Source: an uncultured Gemmatimonadales bacterium (GTDB lineage: Bacteria > Gemmatimonadota > Gemmatimonadetes > Gemmatimonadales > GWC2-71-9). From it: 64,000 nt of DNA. How positions within the stretch are numbered: the stretch's first letter is position 1; each line of letters begins with the position of its first letter. The DNA lies in NCBI GenBank assembly GCA_963842945.1, contig CAWJIM010000019.1:160001-224000 (forward strand), given 5' to 3'. A program made the position numbers and the translations under genes. Below, one piece after another: positions 42,186-52,698 of the stretch. Under the pieces are notes generated by a model. It ran no database searches. It was not told where the DNA came from and saw only the letters and a list, made by a program, of their open reading frames with translations.

Positions 42186-43242
42186 TTCTCTCGCCTTCCT
42201 CAAGCGCCTGCTCGACACTCCAGGCCCCTCTTCGTTCGAAGCTGCGCCCGCCCGGTCCTGGAGAGCCGAAGCGGAGAAGTTCGCCGATACGGTGGAAGCC
42301 GATGTTTCCGGAAACTCTTTTGCCCGGCTGGACGGGTCAGGCGGGCCGCAGGTGATGTTCGCCGGCCACATCGACGAGATCGGGGTGATGGTCACCCACG
42401 TGGACGATGAGGGCTATCTCAGCTTCGATACCATCGGCGGCTGGGATCACCAGGTGTTCGTGGGGCAACGCGTCATCCTGCTCGGTCGGTCCGGCCAGGT
42501 AACCGGAGTGGTAGGGAAGAAGGCCATCCACCTGATGGAGCGGGAGGAGCGGGAAAAAGTCTCCAAGGTCGAAGACCTCTGGATCGACATCGGAGCCGCC
42601 AGTCGAGCCGAGGCGGAAGCCCGGATCCGGATCGGCGATCCCGGCGTGCTCTCGGCCGGGGTTCTCGAGTTTCCCAACGGGCGGCTGGTGAGCCGCTGCA
42701 TCGACAACCGGATAGGAGCATTTGTTGTTCTCGAGGCGCTCCGGCTCCTGGCTGGAGACCGTCCGGCGGCAACCGTCACCGCTGTGGCCACGACCAGAGA
42801 AGAGATCGCGGCCACAGGCGGTGGCGCCCGGTCGTCGGCCAGCCGGCTGGAGCCCGACGTGGCAATTGTGATCGACGTGACGCACGCAACCGACTACCCC
42901 GGCATCGACAAGCGGCGCCACGGCGACTACCGGCTCGGCGGCGGCCCAGCGATCTCGCGGGGAGCCTCGGTGAGTGAGATCGTATTCGAGCTGCTGGTAG
43001 AAACAGCCGAGGCGGAGCAGATCCCCTACAAGATCGAAGCGGCTTCTCGCGACACTCACACCGATGCGGAAGCCATTTTCAACGCTCACCGTGGGGTGGC
43101 CACTGGACTGGTTTCGGTGCCCAACCGTTATATGCACAGCCCCAATGAGATGGTGGCGCTCGAAGACCTCGACCGTACGTCTCGCCTGCTGGCGGCCTTT
43201 GCCCGGCGGCTTCGGCCCGACACGAGCTTCGTGCCGCAGTAA
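42175..43242 (+). CDS. M42-family (TET-like) metalloaminopeptidase
   Basis: GHIDEIG, IDIGA, DNRIG, REE, DVTH, TDA and RYMHSP. Confidence 0.92.
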   Translation: MNPDSLAFLKRLLDTPGPSSFEAAPARSWRAEAEKFADTVEADVSGNSFARLDGSGGPQVMFAGHIDEIGVMVTHVDDEGYLSFDTIGGWDHQVFVGQRVILLGRSGQVTGVVGKKAIHLMEREEREKVSKVEDLWIDIGAASRAEAEARIRIGDPGVLSAGVLEFPNGRLVSRCIDNRIGAFVVLEALRLLAGDRPAATVTAVATTREEIAATGGGARSSASRLEPDVAIVIDVTHATDYPGIDKRRHGDYRLGGGPAISRGASVSEIVFELLVETAEAEQIPYKIEAASRDTHTDAEAIFNAHRGVATGLVSVPNRYMHSPNEMVALEDLDRTSRLLAAFARRLRPDTSFVPQ

Positions 43243-43265
43243 GTAGCCCCTTCTATTATTCCCGG

Positions 43266-44534
43266 ATGCGTAACGCGTTCGCAGCTGTGGGGCTGGCGCT
43301 CACGGCGGTGGTCCAGTCGTTGGCGGCTCAGAAGCTGGTCGAGCCGCCCCGCCTTCTGGACGACATCAAGTTTCTCACTGACGATCGGCTCCAGGGCCGG
43401 GCCACCGGCTCCCCCGGGGCCGACTCCGCTGCCACTTACCTTGCCCGCCGGTTTTCCGAGGTGGGACTTCAGCCCGCCGCGGGAGGCTGGTTTCAGTCGT
43501 TCAACGTAGGCCGGGATGCTCCCTCGGCTCGGGGCAGGGTGGTGTTGGTGGGAAAGAATGTGATCGGCATTCTGCCCGGCAGAGATCCGGTCCTGAGAAA
43601 CCAGACCGTCATTCTCGGCGCCCACTACGATCATCTGGGGCTGGGTGGGTTCGGCAGCCTCGATCCCGACAGCACCGGCCGGGTTCACAATGGCGCGGAC
43701 GATAACGCCTCGGGCATTGCCGCGCTCATCCAGGTAGCAGCCCGGCTGGCCGCATCACCGCCGGCGCGGACCGTGGTGTTCATCGCCTTCAGCGGCGAAG
43801 AGCTGGGGTTGCTGGGCTCGGCTCATTATGTGAAGGAGCCGATCTATCCTCTCGCCGGCACCCTCGCCATGATCAATCTCGACATGGTAGGTCGCCTCCG
43901 CGCCGGGCGGCTCATCGTGTACGGCGCCAAGACCGCCAAGGAATTCCCTCCACTGCTCGACTCGCTCAACTGGTATGCGGGATTGGACCTCAAGGCTCAG
44001 GGCGACGGCTACGGGCCGAGCGATCAGTCCTCGTTCTACGCTGCCAAGCGCCCGGTGCTCCATCTGTTCACCGATCTGCATGAGGACTACCACCGCACTA
44101 CCGATGACTGGGACAAGATCAACGTCGACGGGCTGAAGCGCGTTGCCGACTTTGCCCTCGGACTGGTAACCGCACTGGCGAATCGCCGAGCTCCTCTCGC
44201 TTATATGGATGTGCCGGCGTCGGTCCCGGTACAGACCTCCACCACGGCCGCGACTTCGACTGGCTACGGAGCCTACCTCGGGACCGTGCCTGACATGACG
44301 GGGGCGCCCGGAGGGGTTCGGCTGGTCGGAGTGCGAGCGGGGAGTCCGGCCGAGAAAGCCGGGCTCCGGGGCGATGACATCATCACCAGAATAGGCGCGA
44401 CCGAAACGCCCGATCTGCAGGCCATGACCGAGGCGCTTCGAAGCTACCGTCCGGGAGAGACGGTGGACATCGTGGTCCGCCGCGGCTCGGCAATAACAAC
44501 CCTCCGCGCCACTCTGGGAATCCGGGGGGGCTGA
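43266..44534 (+). CDS. M28 peptidase with C-terminal PDZ domain
   Basis: GAHYDH, NGADDNASG, GEELGLLGS, NLDMVG, DYH and GSPAEKAGL..DII. Confidence 0.92.
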   Translation: MRNAFAAVGLALTAVVQSLAAQKLVEPPRLLDDIKFLTDDRLQGRATGSPGADSAATYLARRFSEVGLQPAAGGWFQSFNVGRDAPSARGRVVLVGKNVIGILPGRDPVLRNQTVILGAHYDHLGLGGFGSLDPDSTGRVHNGADDNASGIAALIQVAARLAASPPARTVVFIAFSGEELGLLGSAHYVKEPIYPLAGTLAMINLDMVGRLRAGRLIVYGAKTAKEFPPLLDSLNWYAGLDLKAQGDGYGPSDQSSFYAAKRPVLHLFTDLHEDYHRTTDDWDKINVDGLKRVADFALGLVTALANRRAPLAYMDVPASVPVQTSTTAATSTGYGAYLGTVPDMTGAPGGVRLVGVRAGSPAEKAGLRGDDIITRIGATETPDLQAMTEALRSYRPGETVDIVVRRGSAITTLRATLGIRGG

Positions 44535-44535
44535 G

Positions 44536-44991
44536 GTGGCAGTGCTCGATAGCGAACGGATCATCGCCGCCCTCAGAGGGGCATTCGTCCGGGAAGAAGG
44601 CAGAGAGGCACTGCTTCGCCTGACGGCGGAAAAGATCCGGGCGGCCGGCCCGCCGTACACTTCGGTGTATCTCTACATGGTCCACGGCGAGGAGCTGGTG
44701 CTGGAGGCGTACTCCGGCCGAGAAACCGACCACACCCGAATCCCGGTGGGAGTCGGTGTCTGCGGCACCGCCGTCGCCACCAAGCAGGATCAGAATGTTC
44801 CGGACGTCCGGGCCGTGGAGAATTATCTGGCTTGCAATGCGTGGACCCGCTCCGAGCTGGTGGTGCTCATCCGGCGGGGGCCTCTCATCCTGGGGCAAAT
44901 CGATATCGACAGCGACGTACCCGACCCGTTTACTCCCGACGAAGAAGCGGCGGTGAGGCGGGTGGCCGACGCGCTGGCCATCCTGCTGTAA
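44536..44991 (+). CDS. GAF-domain protein, free Met-R-sulfoxide reductase-like
   Basis: RIPVGVGVCGTA, YLAC..TRSELVV and DIDS. Confidence 0.8.
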   Translation: MAVLDSERIIAALRGAFVREEGREALLRLTAEKIRAAGPPYTSVYLYMVHGEELVLEAYSGRETDHTRIPVGVGVCGTAVATKQDQNVPDVRAVENYLACNAWTRSELVVLIRRGPLILGQIDIDSDVPDPFTPDEEAAVRRVADALAILL

Positions 44992-45002
44992 AGCCGGTCC
45001 AC

Positions 45003-45869
45003 ATGCCCATCGCCGAGGCACAGTCCGGAAGTCGACACGTCCGTGGCGTCAGCATTTTCGAGCGTCGCATCGGACAGGGGCCACCCGCCGTGGTGCTCCA
45101 CGGTGGCCCCGGCGCCCATCACGACTACCTCCTCCCCGGATTCGACGACCTCGCCAGTGGTCGCGAGCTCATCTACTACGATCAGCGGGGCGGCGGCCAA
45201 TCTCCTGTCACCCGGGAGACCCCGGTTGGCTGGCGCGAGCACGTGGCCGATCTGGAAGAGCTCCGAAAGCAATGGTCACTCGAGCAGCTGACCCTGGTTG
45301 GCTACTCCTGGGGAGGCCTGTTGGCGCTGCTCTACTCCACCGAGTACCCGAGCCGAGTCAGCCGGCTGGCCCTGGTCTCGCCGGCTCCCGCCTGGCGTGA
45401 AGCCCGGCAGGAGTTCGAGCGACGCTTTCAGGAGCGGAACCTGGACCCGGCTCTGCAGCAGCAGCGAGCCGATCTCCGAGCCAGCGGCCTCCGCGCAGAG
45501 TGACCCGGCTGCCTATGCCCAGCGGGCCTTCGAGCTTTCCGTTGCCGCTTATTTCTTCGATCCTGCCCGGGCTCGTGACCTCACGCCTTTCCGGGTAACC
45601 GGCCGGACTCAGCAGGAGGTCTGGTCCAGTCTGGGCGATTACGATCTCCGCCCGCGGCTTTCCGGGCATCCGGATCCCGGCCATCCTGCTTCAGGGCGAA
45701 GCCGACGTCATTCCCCTGGAAGCCTCCCGCACCGTCGCCCAGCTGCTTCAGGTGGACGCTGGCGGTACTTTCCCGCTGCGGCCATGTGCCGTACGTCGAA
45801 GCCCATCAAGAATTTGTGCGTTTGCTCCACGGGTTCCTGCCGCGCGCCGAGCCGGGGACGACCCGCTAG
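45003..45869 (+). CDS. Alpha/beta hydrolase (proline iminopeptidase-like); apparent frameshifts ~45497, ~45665, ~45757
   Basis: LHGGPG, YDQRGGG and GYSWGG. LQGEADVIP and CGHVPYVE appear in shifted frames. Confidence 0.8.
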
Positions 45870-45878
45870 ATTTCATTC

Positions 45879-46607
45879 ATGCAGCGCTTGCGTCCTACCC
45901 CGTTCGACCTGGTGTTCGAGACCACCGCCCAGACCACCTTCCCGGCCATCCGAACCGCTCTTGACGAGGCTGGCCACGACGCCCGTAATCGAGACGGCTT
46001 CCTCATGCTGCGGGAGGTGGTGTCGCTGCTGCGGGACCTCCGGCCGGAAGACGGATTGGGCGAGGGCATCGATCAACTGGCTGCGCTCGTGCATCACGGG
46101 TACCTCTTCTGGGCCGGCGGCAGCCTCACCGTGAAGCTGAGCTCGGATCAGCTTTCGGACTTCCTCCGTAGCGCGGCGCCGCGGGCAGCTCCCCAACCCG
46201 ATGGGCGAGCGTTCTACACCCAGCTACCGGAGCGGCGAGTCTGGGCTCAGGTCATTCCCGGAGATCCGCACGAGCCACTGGACGGCTGGTTCCAATACTA
46301 TGAGCCGGACGCCGGACTGCTGCGGGTTCTGGGGGTCTTCGGAATTCATCCCGATCGTCCAGGCTTCAGCGTGGTCGAGGTAGGCGGGCAGCAGCCGATC
46401 GGGTTGACCAGACCGGACGGCACGTCGGTGTTCAGCCCCACCCTTTCCGGGGGCGCGGCCGCGGGACTCTTCTCCCTTGCCGGTGAGGAGGAGCTGCTCG
46501 AGCTCGGCTGGCGGGTCATTGAGCTGGAAGCTGGGAGCGGGGAGCTGGGAGCAAACCGCTCCGAGCAGCCCGATCCGAGCTCCCGACTCCCGGCCCCCAG
46601 CTCCTAG
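45879..46607 (+). CDS. Hypothetical protein
   Basis: 242-aa ORF packed between operon neighbours, with GC-rich codon usage. Confidence 0.65.
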   Translation: MQRLRPTPFDLVFETTAQTTFPAIRTALDEAGHDARNRDGFLMLREVVSLLRDLRPEDGLGEGIDQLAALVHHGYLFWAGGSLTVKLSSDQLSDFLRSAAPRAAPQPDGRAFYTQLPERRVWAQVIPGDPHEPLDGWFQYYEPDAGLLRVLGVFGIHPDRPGFSVVEVGGQQPIGLTRPDGTSVFSPTLSGGAAAGLFSLAGEEELLELGWRVIELEAGSGELGANRSEQPDPSSRLPAPSS

Positions 46608-46609
46608 CT
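46521..46609. repeat. Inverted heptamer-repeat element
   Basis: GAGCTGG AAGCTGG GAGCGGG GAGCTGG GAGC ... AGCTCCC GACTCCC GGCCCCC AGCTCCT AGCT. Confidence 0.75.
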
Positions 46610-46613
46610 ATCT

Positions 46614-48353
46614 ATGGAGAGCGTCAAGGATTACATGGACAAGAAGGCGGTGGCTCAGGTGCTGGAGCAGATCGCCGCCTTCCTGGAGCTGAAGAGCGAG
46701 AACCCGTTTCGAATCAGGGCATTCAGGACGGCGGCCCGGGCCATCACCGGCTTTCCCGGCGACCTGCGGCAGTCTCTGGAAGATGGAGCGCTCGCATCGG
46801 CCAAGGGCATCGGGCCGGCAACACTCAACATCGTGTCCGAGCTGGTGAACACCGGGCGGGCGAGCATGCTGGAGGAGCTCCGCGAGCAGATTCCGCCCGG
46901 ATTGGTGGAGATGCTCGAGATTTCCGGCTTGGGGGTCGCCAAGATCCGCCAGATCCACGAGGTGCTGGGGATCGATTCCCTTCCCGAGCTGGAGGCGGCC
47001 GCCCATGACGGCCGTCTGGCCAAGCTGCCTCGGTTCGGCCAGCGCACGTCGGAGAACATCCTCAAGGGCATCGCCTTCCTGCGGCACACCAGCGCGTATC
47101 GCCTGTCCCATCACGCGGCCGACGAAGCCGAGGGTCTTCGGGCTGCGCTGGAGAGGCTGCCCGGCGTCACCAGCGCGATCACAGCGGGTGATGTGCGCCG
47201 CCGGTCCGAGATCGTCCGGGACCTCATCTTCGTGCTGGTGGCCGAGTGCTCGCCCGCCGACCTGTTTCGGCGGCTGAGTCAGCTCCCCGGGGTCCATGAG
47301 TTTGCGGGACAGGATGAGCGGCGGCTGACCCTGCGGTTTCCCGGGGGTGCCAGCGCACAGATCGTGGCGACCACTCCGGTAAACGCCGGAACCGTGCTGG
47401 TTCAGGCGACCGGCAGCGACGCTCACCTGAGTGCGCTCGGCGCCCGCGCGCGCGAAAAGGGCTACACCTTGGCTGGCGCGGCGCTGTGGCGGGGAAGTCA
47501 GTTCGTGGCTACACCGGACGAGCAGACCTTCTATCAGGCGCTCGGTCTGGAGTTCATACCTCCCGAGCTGCGGGAAGGCACCGACGAGGTAGAGACCGCG
47601 GCAAAGAGCGCGATGCCCGCGCTGGTGACTCAGCAGGATCTCAAAGGCTTTCTCCACTGCCACACGAGCTACTCGGATGGTTCGAACACCGTCGAGGAGC
47701 TGGCCATCGCTTGCAAGAATGCCGGCTACGAATACCTCGGCGTCACCGACCACAGCCAGGCGGCCGCCTATGCCGGCGGACTGCGGCCGGAGGATCTCGC
47801 TCGACAGGCCGACGAGATCGATGAGGTAAACAGCCGGCTCAGCGGCTTCCGGGTGCTGAAAGGGATCGAGGCCGACATCCTGCAGGATGGGCGAGTGGAT
47901 TACGAGGAACGGATCCTCGAGCGACTCGACTTCGTAATCGCATCGGTGCACAGCCGCTTCAACATGGGCGAAAAGGAGATGACCGCTCGCATGCTGGCGG
48001 CGATGGACAACCCCTATCTGACCATCATCGGCCATCCCACCGGCCGGCTGCTGCTCTCCCGGGATCCCTACCCGGTTGATTTGGACGCGGTCATCGGCAA
48101 GGCCGCCGAAACCGGTGTAGCCCTGGAGATCAACGCGGATCCTCACCGCCTGGACCTCGACTGGCGAGTGGTTCGGCAGGCGCGCGACCGAGGAGTCGTC
48201 ATTTCCATCGGTGCCGACGCGCACAGCGTCTCCGGTTTGAGCTACGTGGAGTTCGGAATGAACATGGCCCGGAAGGGCTGGTTGAGCTCGAGCAACATCT
48301 TGAACACTCGGTCGGTGGGCGACTTCGTCGCGTATGCCAGGAGGCGGAGGTGA
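46614..48353 (+). CDS. polX: DNA polymerase X / PHP exonuclease (PolX), non-canonical polymerase site
   Basis: ENPFRIRAF, HhH motifs and IPPELRE; PHP motifs [18 protein letters not shown] and DAH. Confidence 0.9.
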   Translation: MESVKDYMDKKAVAQVLEQIAAFLELKSENPFRIRAFRTAARAITGFPGDLRQSLEDGALASAKGIGPATLNIVSELVNTGRASMLEELREQIPPGLVEMLEISGLGVAKIRQIHEVLGIDSLPELEAAAHDGRLAKLPRFGQRTSENILKGIAFLRHTSAYRLSHHAADEAEGLRAALERLPGVTSAITAGDVRRRSEIVRDLIFVLVAECSPADLFRRLSQLPGVHEFAGQDERRLTLRFPGGASAQIVATTPVNAGTVLVQATGSDAHLSALGARAREKGYTLAGAALWRGSQFVATPDEQTFYQALGLEFIPPELREGTDEVETAAKSAMPALVTQQDLKGFLHCHTSYSDGSNTVEELAIACKNAGYEYLGVTDHSQAAAYAGGLRPEDLARQADEIDEVNSRLSGFRVLKGIEADILQDGRVDYEERILERLDFVIASVHSRFNMGEKEMTARMLAAMDNPYLTIIGHPTGRLLLSRDPYPVDLDAVIGKAAETGVALEINADPHRLDLDWRVVRQARDRGVVISIGADAHSVSGLSYVEFGMNMARKGWLSSSNILNTRSVGDFVAYARRRR

Positions 48354-49126
48354 GGGTCGACGGACGGGCGGAGACGGCGGAACGGGCGGAAGACGCGCGA
48401 GGACTGCAGTTGCGAAAGGGCGGAAGAAGCAGGTCGCTCAAGAAATCGGTCCGGAGGAAGCTGTCCAGGTTCTGGCGTAGGGCGGTACCGTGGCACCGTC
48501 CGTCCGGCCGCCGGGAGAAGTACTCTCCCGACTCAAGGCAGCTTTACCCGGACGCAAAGTGCGCGCTGGACTACCGGAATGCCTTCGAGCTGCTCTCCGC
48601 CACCATTCTCTCGGCTCAGTGTACCGACGCTCGGGTCAACATGGTCACCCCGGTCCTCTTCGCCCGCTACCCTACAGCCTTCGAGCTGGCTCAAGCCGAC
48701 CCAGCCGAGGTCGAAGAGATCATCAAGTCCACCGGATTCTTCCGCAACAAGACCAGGAGTCTCGTCGGCATGGCGCAGGCCTTGGTGGCGGACTACGGCG
48801 GCGAGGTGCCCAGGACCATGGAGGAGTTGAGGAAACTGCCCGGTGTCGGCCGGAAGACCGCCAATGTAGTCCTGGGAAACGCGTTCAACCTGAACGAAGG
48901 AGTCACGGTCGACACCCACGTGGGACGGCTGTCCCGACTGCTGGGTCTGAGCGCGGAGGAGGACCCAGTGAAGGTAGAGCAGGAGCTGATGCGTCTCTTT
49001 CCCCAGGAGGAGTGGGCCCTTCTCTCCCATCTTCTCATCTTCCATGGCCGCCAGGTGTGCATAGCCCGGCGGCCTAAATGCAGCGATTGCGTGCTATCCC
49101 GAGTCTGTCCTTCGTCTCTCGTCTGA
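48350..49126 (+). CDS. nth: Endonuclease III (start uncertain; apparent frameshift ~48538)
   Basis: [36 protein letters not shown] and C-x6-C-x2-C-x5-C. Confidence 0.92.
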   Translation: MRVDGRAETAERAEDARGLQLRKGGRSRSLKKSVRRKLSRFWRRAVPWHRPSGRREKYSPDSRQLYPDAKCALDYRNAFELLSATILSAQCTDARVNMVTPVLFARYPTAFELAQADPAEVEEIIKSTGFFRNKTRSLVGMAQALVADYGGEVPRTMEELRKLPGVGRKTANVVLGNAFNLNEGVTVDTHVGRLSRLLGLSAEEDPVKVEQELMRLFPQEEWALLSHLLIFHGRQVCIARRPKCSDCVLSRVCPSSLV

Positions 49127-49146
49127 CCACCTCCAGGATCGAATCC

Positions 49147-50793
49147 ATGCCCCGTAACCTCGTGCTGTTGTGCCTGCTCAGTTGCCTGCCCCTGGCGGCC
49201 CAAAGTCAGACCTCGAGCTCACCTTCCGCTGCTGAAAAAGTTGCCGGTGCAGTGGATCAGCGAGTGCTCCGGGCCCATCTCGAGTTCCTGGCGGACGATG
49301 CCCTTGAGGGCCGGCGACCGGGCACTCGCGGTGGTGAGCTCGCGGCCAAGTACATCGCGGCCCAGTTCGAGCGCCTGGGCCTGCAGCCCGCTGGTGACAG
49401 CGGCACCTACTATCAGCACGTCCCCATCATCACCCTCACTCCGAGCCCCACCGTCCGCATCGCGGCGCCGGCGCCCGGCGATCTGGCGTATCGGAAGGAC
49501 TACGTGCTGTGGTCGATGCGGAACGATTCGCTGGTTTCACTCAAGGGCGATCTGGTGTTCGTGGGCTATGGCATCGTTGCGCCGGAGTATCAGTGGGACG
49601 ACTACCGAGGTCTCGATGTCAAGAACAAGATCGTGGTGGCCCTGGTCAACGACCCCGGACTGAGAGACTCCACGATCTTTCGCGGCCCCATTCTGACCTA
49701 CTATGGCCGGTGGACTTACAAGATCGAGGAGGCACAGCGGCAGGGAGCGGCCGGCATCCTGCTGGTCCACACGCCGGAGAGTGCCACCTATCCCTGGTCC
49801 ACAGTACAGTCGAGCTGGACCGGGCCCCAAGTTCGAATCGAGGAGCCACCAAAGTCACTCCTGATTGCCGGGTGGCTCACCAGCGATGCCGCGGGAAGAC
49901 TCTTTCAGCTGGGCGGAAAAGACCTGACGGCGTTGATGGACCAGGCTGCACGTCATGGATTCGAGCCGGTGCCACTGGGCGTCCAACTCGATGCCACAGT
50001 CCGGAGCTCCATTCAACGCTCCGGTACCAGCAATGTCCTGGGGAAGCTTCCCGGCCGGGGGCCCCTGGCATCAGAAGCAGTTTTGATCGGCGGCCACTAC
50101 GATCACTTCGGGATCGGCGCCCCGGTGAACGGCGATTCCATCTACAACGGAGCCGAAGACAATGCCTCGGGCACCGCGGCAGTTCTTACCGCGGCTGAGG
50201 CCTTCGCCCGAAGCGGAGTGCGCACCGGGCGCTCTCTCGTATTCGTGGGATTCACCGCCGAGGAGTCCGGGCTGCTGGGCTCCCAGGCCATGGTCGGCCG
50301 ATCTGCAATTCCGCTGAGCCGAATTGCCGCGATCCTGAACCTCGACGTCATGAACCTGTACGGCCGCACGAAAGATGTAGCGGCAGTGGGGCTCGATCAG
50401 TCGAATCTGAGCAAGACGTTCGGGCAGGCTGCCGCTGCAGAAGGCCTTCAGGTCACCGAGAGCCGGGAGGCTCTCCTTCACGGGGCCTTCTTCCGATCCG
50501 ATCACTTTCCGCTGGCTCGCGCAGGTGTACCCGGACTCTCGATCGAGGATGGGCAGCACTATGTGGGTCAGCCCGCCGACTACGGGAAGAAGAAACAGGA
50601 GGAATACACCGAGAAGCGGTACCATCAGCCCAGCGACGAGGTCCTCCCCTCATTCAATTATGATGGTGCACGGCAGCAGCTTCGTGTCATCGTCCGGACA
50701 GCTGTGGCAGTGGCCGATGCTTCGGCCCAGCCTGCCTGGAATTCAGGCTCCGAGTTCCGCAAAGCGGGGGAGGAGCGGGTGAAACAGCAGTGA
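49147..50793 (+). CDS. M28 peptidase with PA domain
   Basis: Signal peptide, FVGYGI, YYGRWTYK, GHYDH, NGAEDNASG, AEESGLLGS, RSDH and YHQPSD. Confidence 0.92.
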   Translation: MPRNLVLLCLLSCLPLAAQSQTSSSPSAAEKVAGAVDQRVLRAHLEFLADDALEGRRPGTRGGELAAKYIAAQFERLGLQPAGDSGTYYQHVPIITLTPSPTVRIAAPAPGDLAYRKDYVLWSMRNDSLVSLKGDLVFVGYGIVAPEYQWDDYRGLDVKNKIVVALVNDPGLRDSTIFRGPILTYYGRWTYKIEEAQRQGAAGILLVHTPESATYPWSTVQSSWTGPQVRIEEPPKSLLIAGWLTSDAAGRLFQLGGKDLTALMDQAARHGFEPVPLGVQLDATVRSSIQRSGTSNVLGKLPGRGPLASEAVLIGGHYDHFGIGAPVNGDSIYNGAEDNASGTAAVLTAAEAFARSGVRTGRSLVFVGFTAEESGLLGSQAMVGRSAIPLSRIAAILNLDVMNLYGRTKDVAAVGLDQSNLSKTFGQAAAAEGLQVTESREALLHGAFFRSDHFPLARAGVPGLSIEDGQHYVGQPADYGKKKQEEYTEKRYHQPSDEVLPSFNYDGARQQLRVIVRTAVAVADASAQPAWNSGSEFRKAGEERVKQQ

Positions 50794-51974
50794 GCCTACC
50801 GCCTCTGCGGCTTGAGCGCATATCTTCTCCGCCGCCTGACCCCGCCAACCGAACCCCGGAGCGATCCTGGACCTGCCCACTGAGCACCGGATTCCGCTCA
50901 CCTGGCTGCTGGAAAACGCCGGGGCTTCGATCCGGTATCGCACGTATCGTGAGCTGGCCCCCCAAGGTTACGCCCCGCCCGAGGTAATCGAAGCGGCCCA
51001 GCTCGCCATTCTCGATTCCAAAACCGCCTTGGCAGTAGTTAAGAAGCAGAAGGACAGCGGGATATGGGGTGGAAACCTGCTCGGCCTGGCGACGTCCGCC
51101 GCACAGGGAGTAAAGGATGTAGGCACCATCCCCCAGTACCGGCGTCTGCTGCAGCTGGAGTGGCCACGCTCGAGCCGCCCGTTCAAGCTTGCCGATCAGG
51201 GTTCTCTTTCGCCTGCTCTCCCGGGACGAAGATCCCTCTCTCATGTTCGAGTTTCAGAAGGCGGTCAAGTCGGATCCGGAAGCCGAGTCGTGGGCTCGGG
51301 GGATCATGCGAGAAGCCGCGTCGGCTTCACTGGCCGAGGCGGGCTACGGGGATGACCCCCGTTTGCGGGGCGCAGGGCATAAGATCGCCAGCGCCATCTC
51401 TCAGTTTCTGCGGGGTCCGCTCGCCGAAAAGCCCTTCATCAAGTCCGGCAAACAGATGGTCCTCCATCCTGAGGCTCACCCACCGAGTTGGTATTCTGTC
51501 GCGATGCTGGCGTCAATGCCGAACCTGCAGCGGGAGCGGGCAGGATTCACCGAGCGGTTGGGCCACTACCTGGCCCAGCCCGAGCCGAAGAAGGCGTTCG
51601 TGATCCAGGTGGGGAAGAAGACGGTGCGGCCCCAGCACCTGATCTTGGGCGACCCGATCGAGGCCGACAGCAAGGGCGTGCCCAAAGATCTTCCCCTGGC
51701 CCTGCACTATATCGAGCTGCTCGCGCGTATGGGTGCCTTGGAGTGGGCTCCCGTGGCCACCAAGGTCTTGGGCCGGCTGCTGCAGGATTGCGATGAATTG
51801 GGCGTATGGCGCCCGAAAAACCTCAGATCGCAGCCAAAAACGGGAAATAAGATCACTTATCACTACTATCCACTTCACCTGGATCCCAAGACCACCGAGG
51901 GTCGGGAAGTGGACGTGACATTCAGGCTCGCCCTCATTGCCCAGGCCCTTGGCTGGAACCTGAGTTACACCTGA
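50790..51974 (+). CDS. Hypothetical protein, possibly alpha/alpha-barrel; apparent frameshifts ~50853 and ~51200
   Basis: GTGA overlap with the upstream gene. Coding-like frames join (WLLENAGASIRYRT..KQKDSGIWGG..RVLFRLL). Confidence 0.55.
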
Positions 51975-51990
51975 CCCTTGTGGCTTCAAC

Positions 51991-52012
51991 GGTAGTATAT
52001 GAAACTACTACC
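51991..52012. promoter_or_regulatory. Palindromic operator candidate before the TrmB-family gene
   Basis: GGTAGTA-N8-TACTACC, AT-rich, ending 2 nt before the ATG. Confidence 0.6.
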
Positions 52013-52014
52013 TT

Positions 52015-52698
52015 ATGGGCCTAGATCTCACGAGCTTCGGCTTCACCCCGACGGAAAGCCTGGTTTATGAGGTCCTTCTCAAGCATGGTCCAGGCACTGG
52101 GTACGCTATTGCCAGAGCCGCCGGTCTGGCCCGGGCCAACGCCTACAGCGCACTCGAGGGGCTGGTGAGCAAGGGCGCTGCCCGGGTTGAAGCCGGACGC
52201 CCCCGCCGCTACCGACCCGAAGGGCCGGCGGGTCTCATCGCTCGAATCTCCAGCAACCACGGAACGGCCCTCGAGCAGCTCAGCATCGAGCTGGAGAGGC
52301 TGCCGGCTGAATCCGGTCCAACACTGGTCGAGATCGACTCCGGGCGCGGAGCCCTTCAACTGCTGACGCAGGGAGTCACCCGAGCCGCCCGGTCGGTGGA
52401 CCTCCTGGCGCCACCCGATGCGTATCCTCTGCTGAGTCCGGCGCTACGACGCCCATTCGCCGCCGGGGTCGCCTTGAGCCTTTGGTCGACGGGGCCTGTG
52501 GATCTCGGATTCTCGGAGGTCAGGGTCTTGCCGGAGCAGCATGATTGGCCGGGAATGCCGGTCCTCGCGGTATTCGACGATCACAGCGCAATCATTGCTT
52601 CTCGCAGAAACGACGTGGTGCAGGGTCACTGGAGCACCGCCCCTTCGTTCGTGGCCGCTGCCCGCCTCTCGCTCGAGCGATTCACGGAACCGACATGA
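52015..52698 (+). CDS. TrmB-family transcriptional regulator
   Basis: FGFTPTESLVY..LL..GYAIARAAGL.RANAY..L..LV.KG wHTH plus a C-terminal effector-like domain. Confidence 0.85.
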   Translation: MGLDLTSFGFTPTESLVYEVLLKHGPGTGYAIARAAGLARANAYSALEGLVSKGAARVEAGRPRRYRPEGPAGLIARISSNHGTALEQLSIELERLPAESGPTLVEIDSGRGALQLLTQGVTRAARSVDLLAPPDAYPLLSPALRRPFAAGVALSLWSTGPVDLGFSEVRVLPEQHDWPGMPVLAVFDDHSAIIASRRNDVVQGHWSTAPSFVAAARLSLERFTEPT

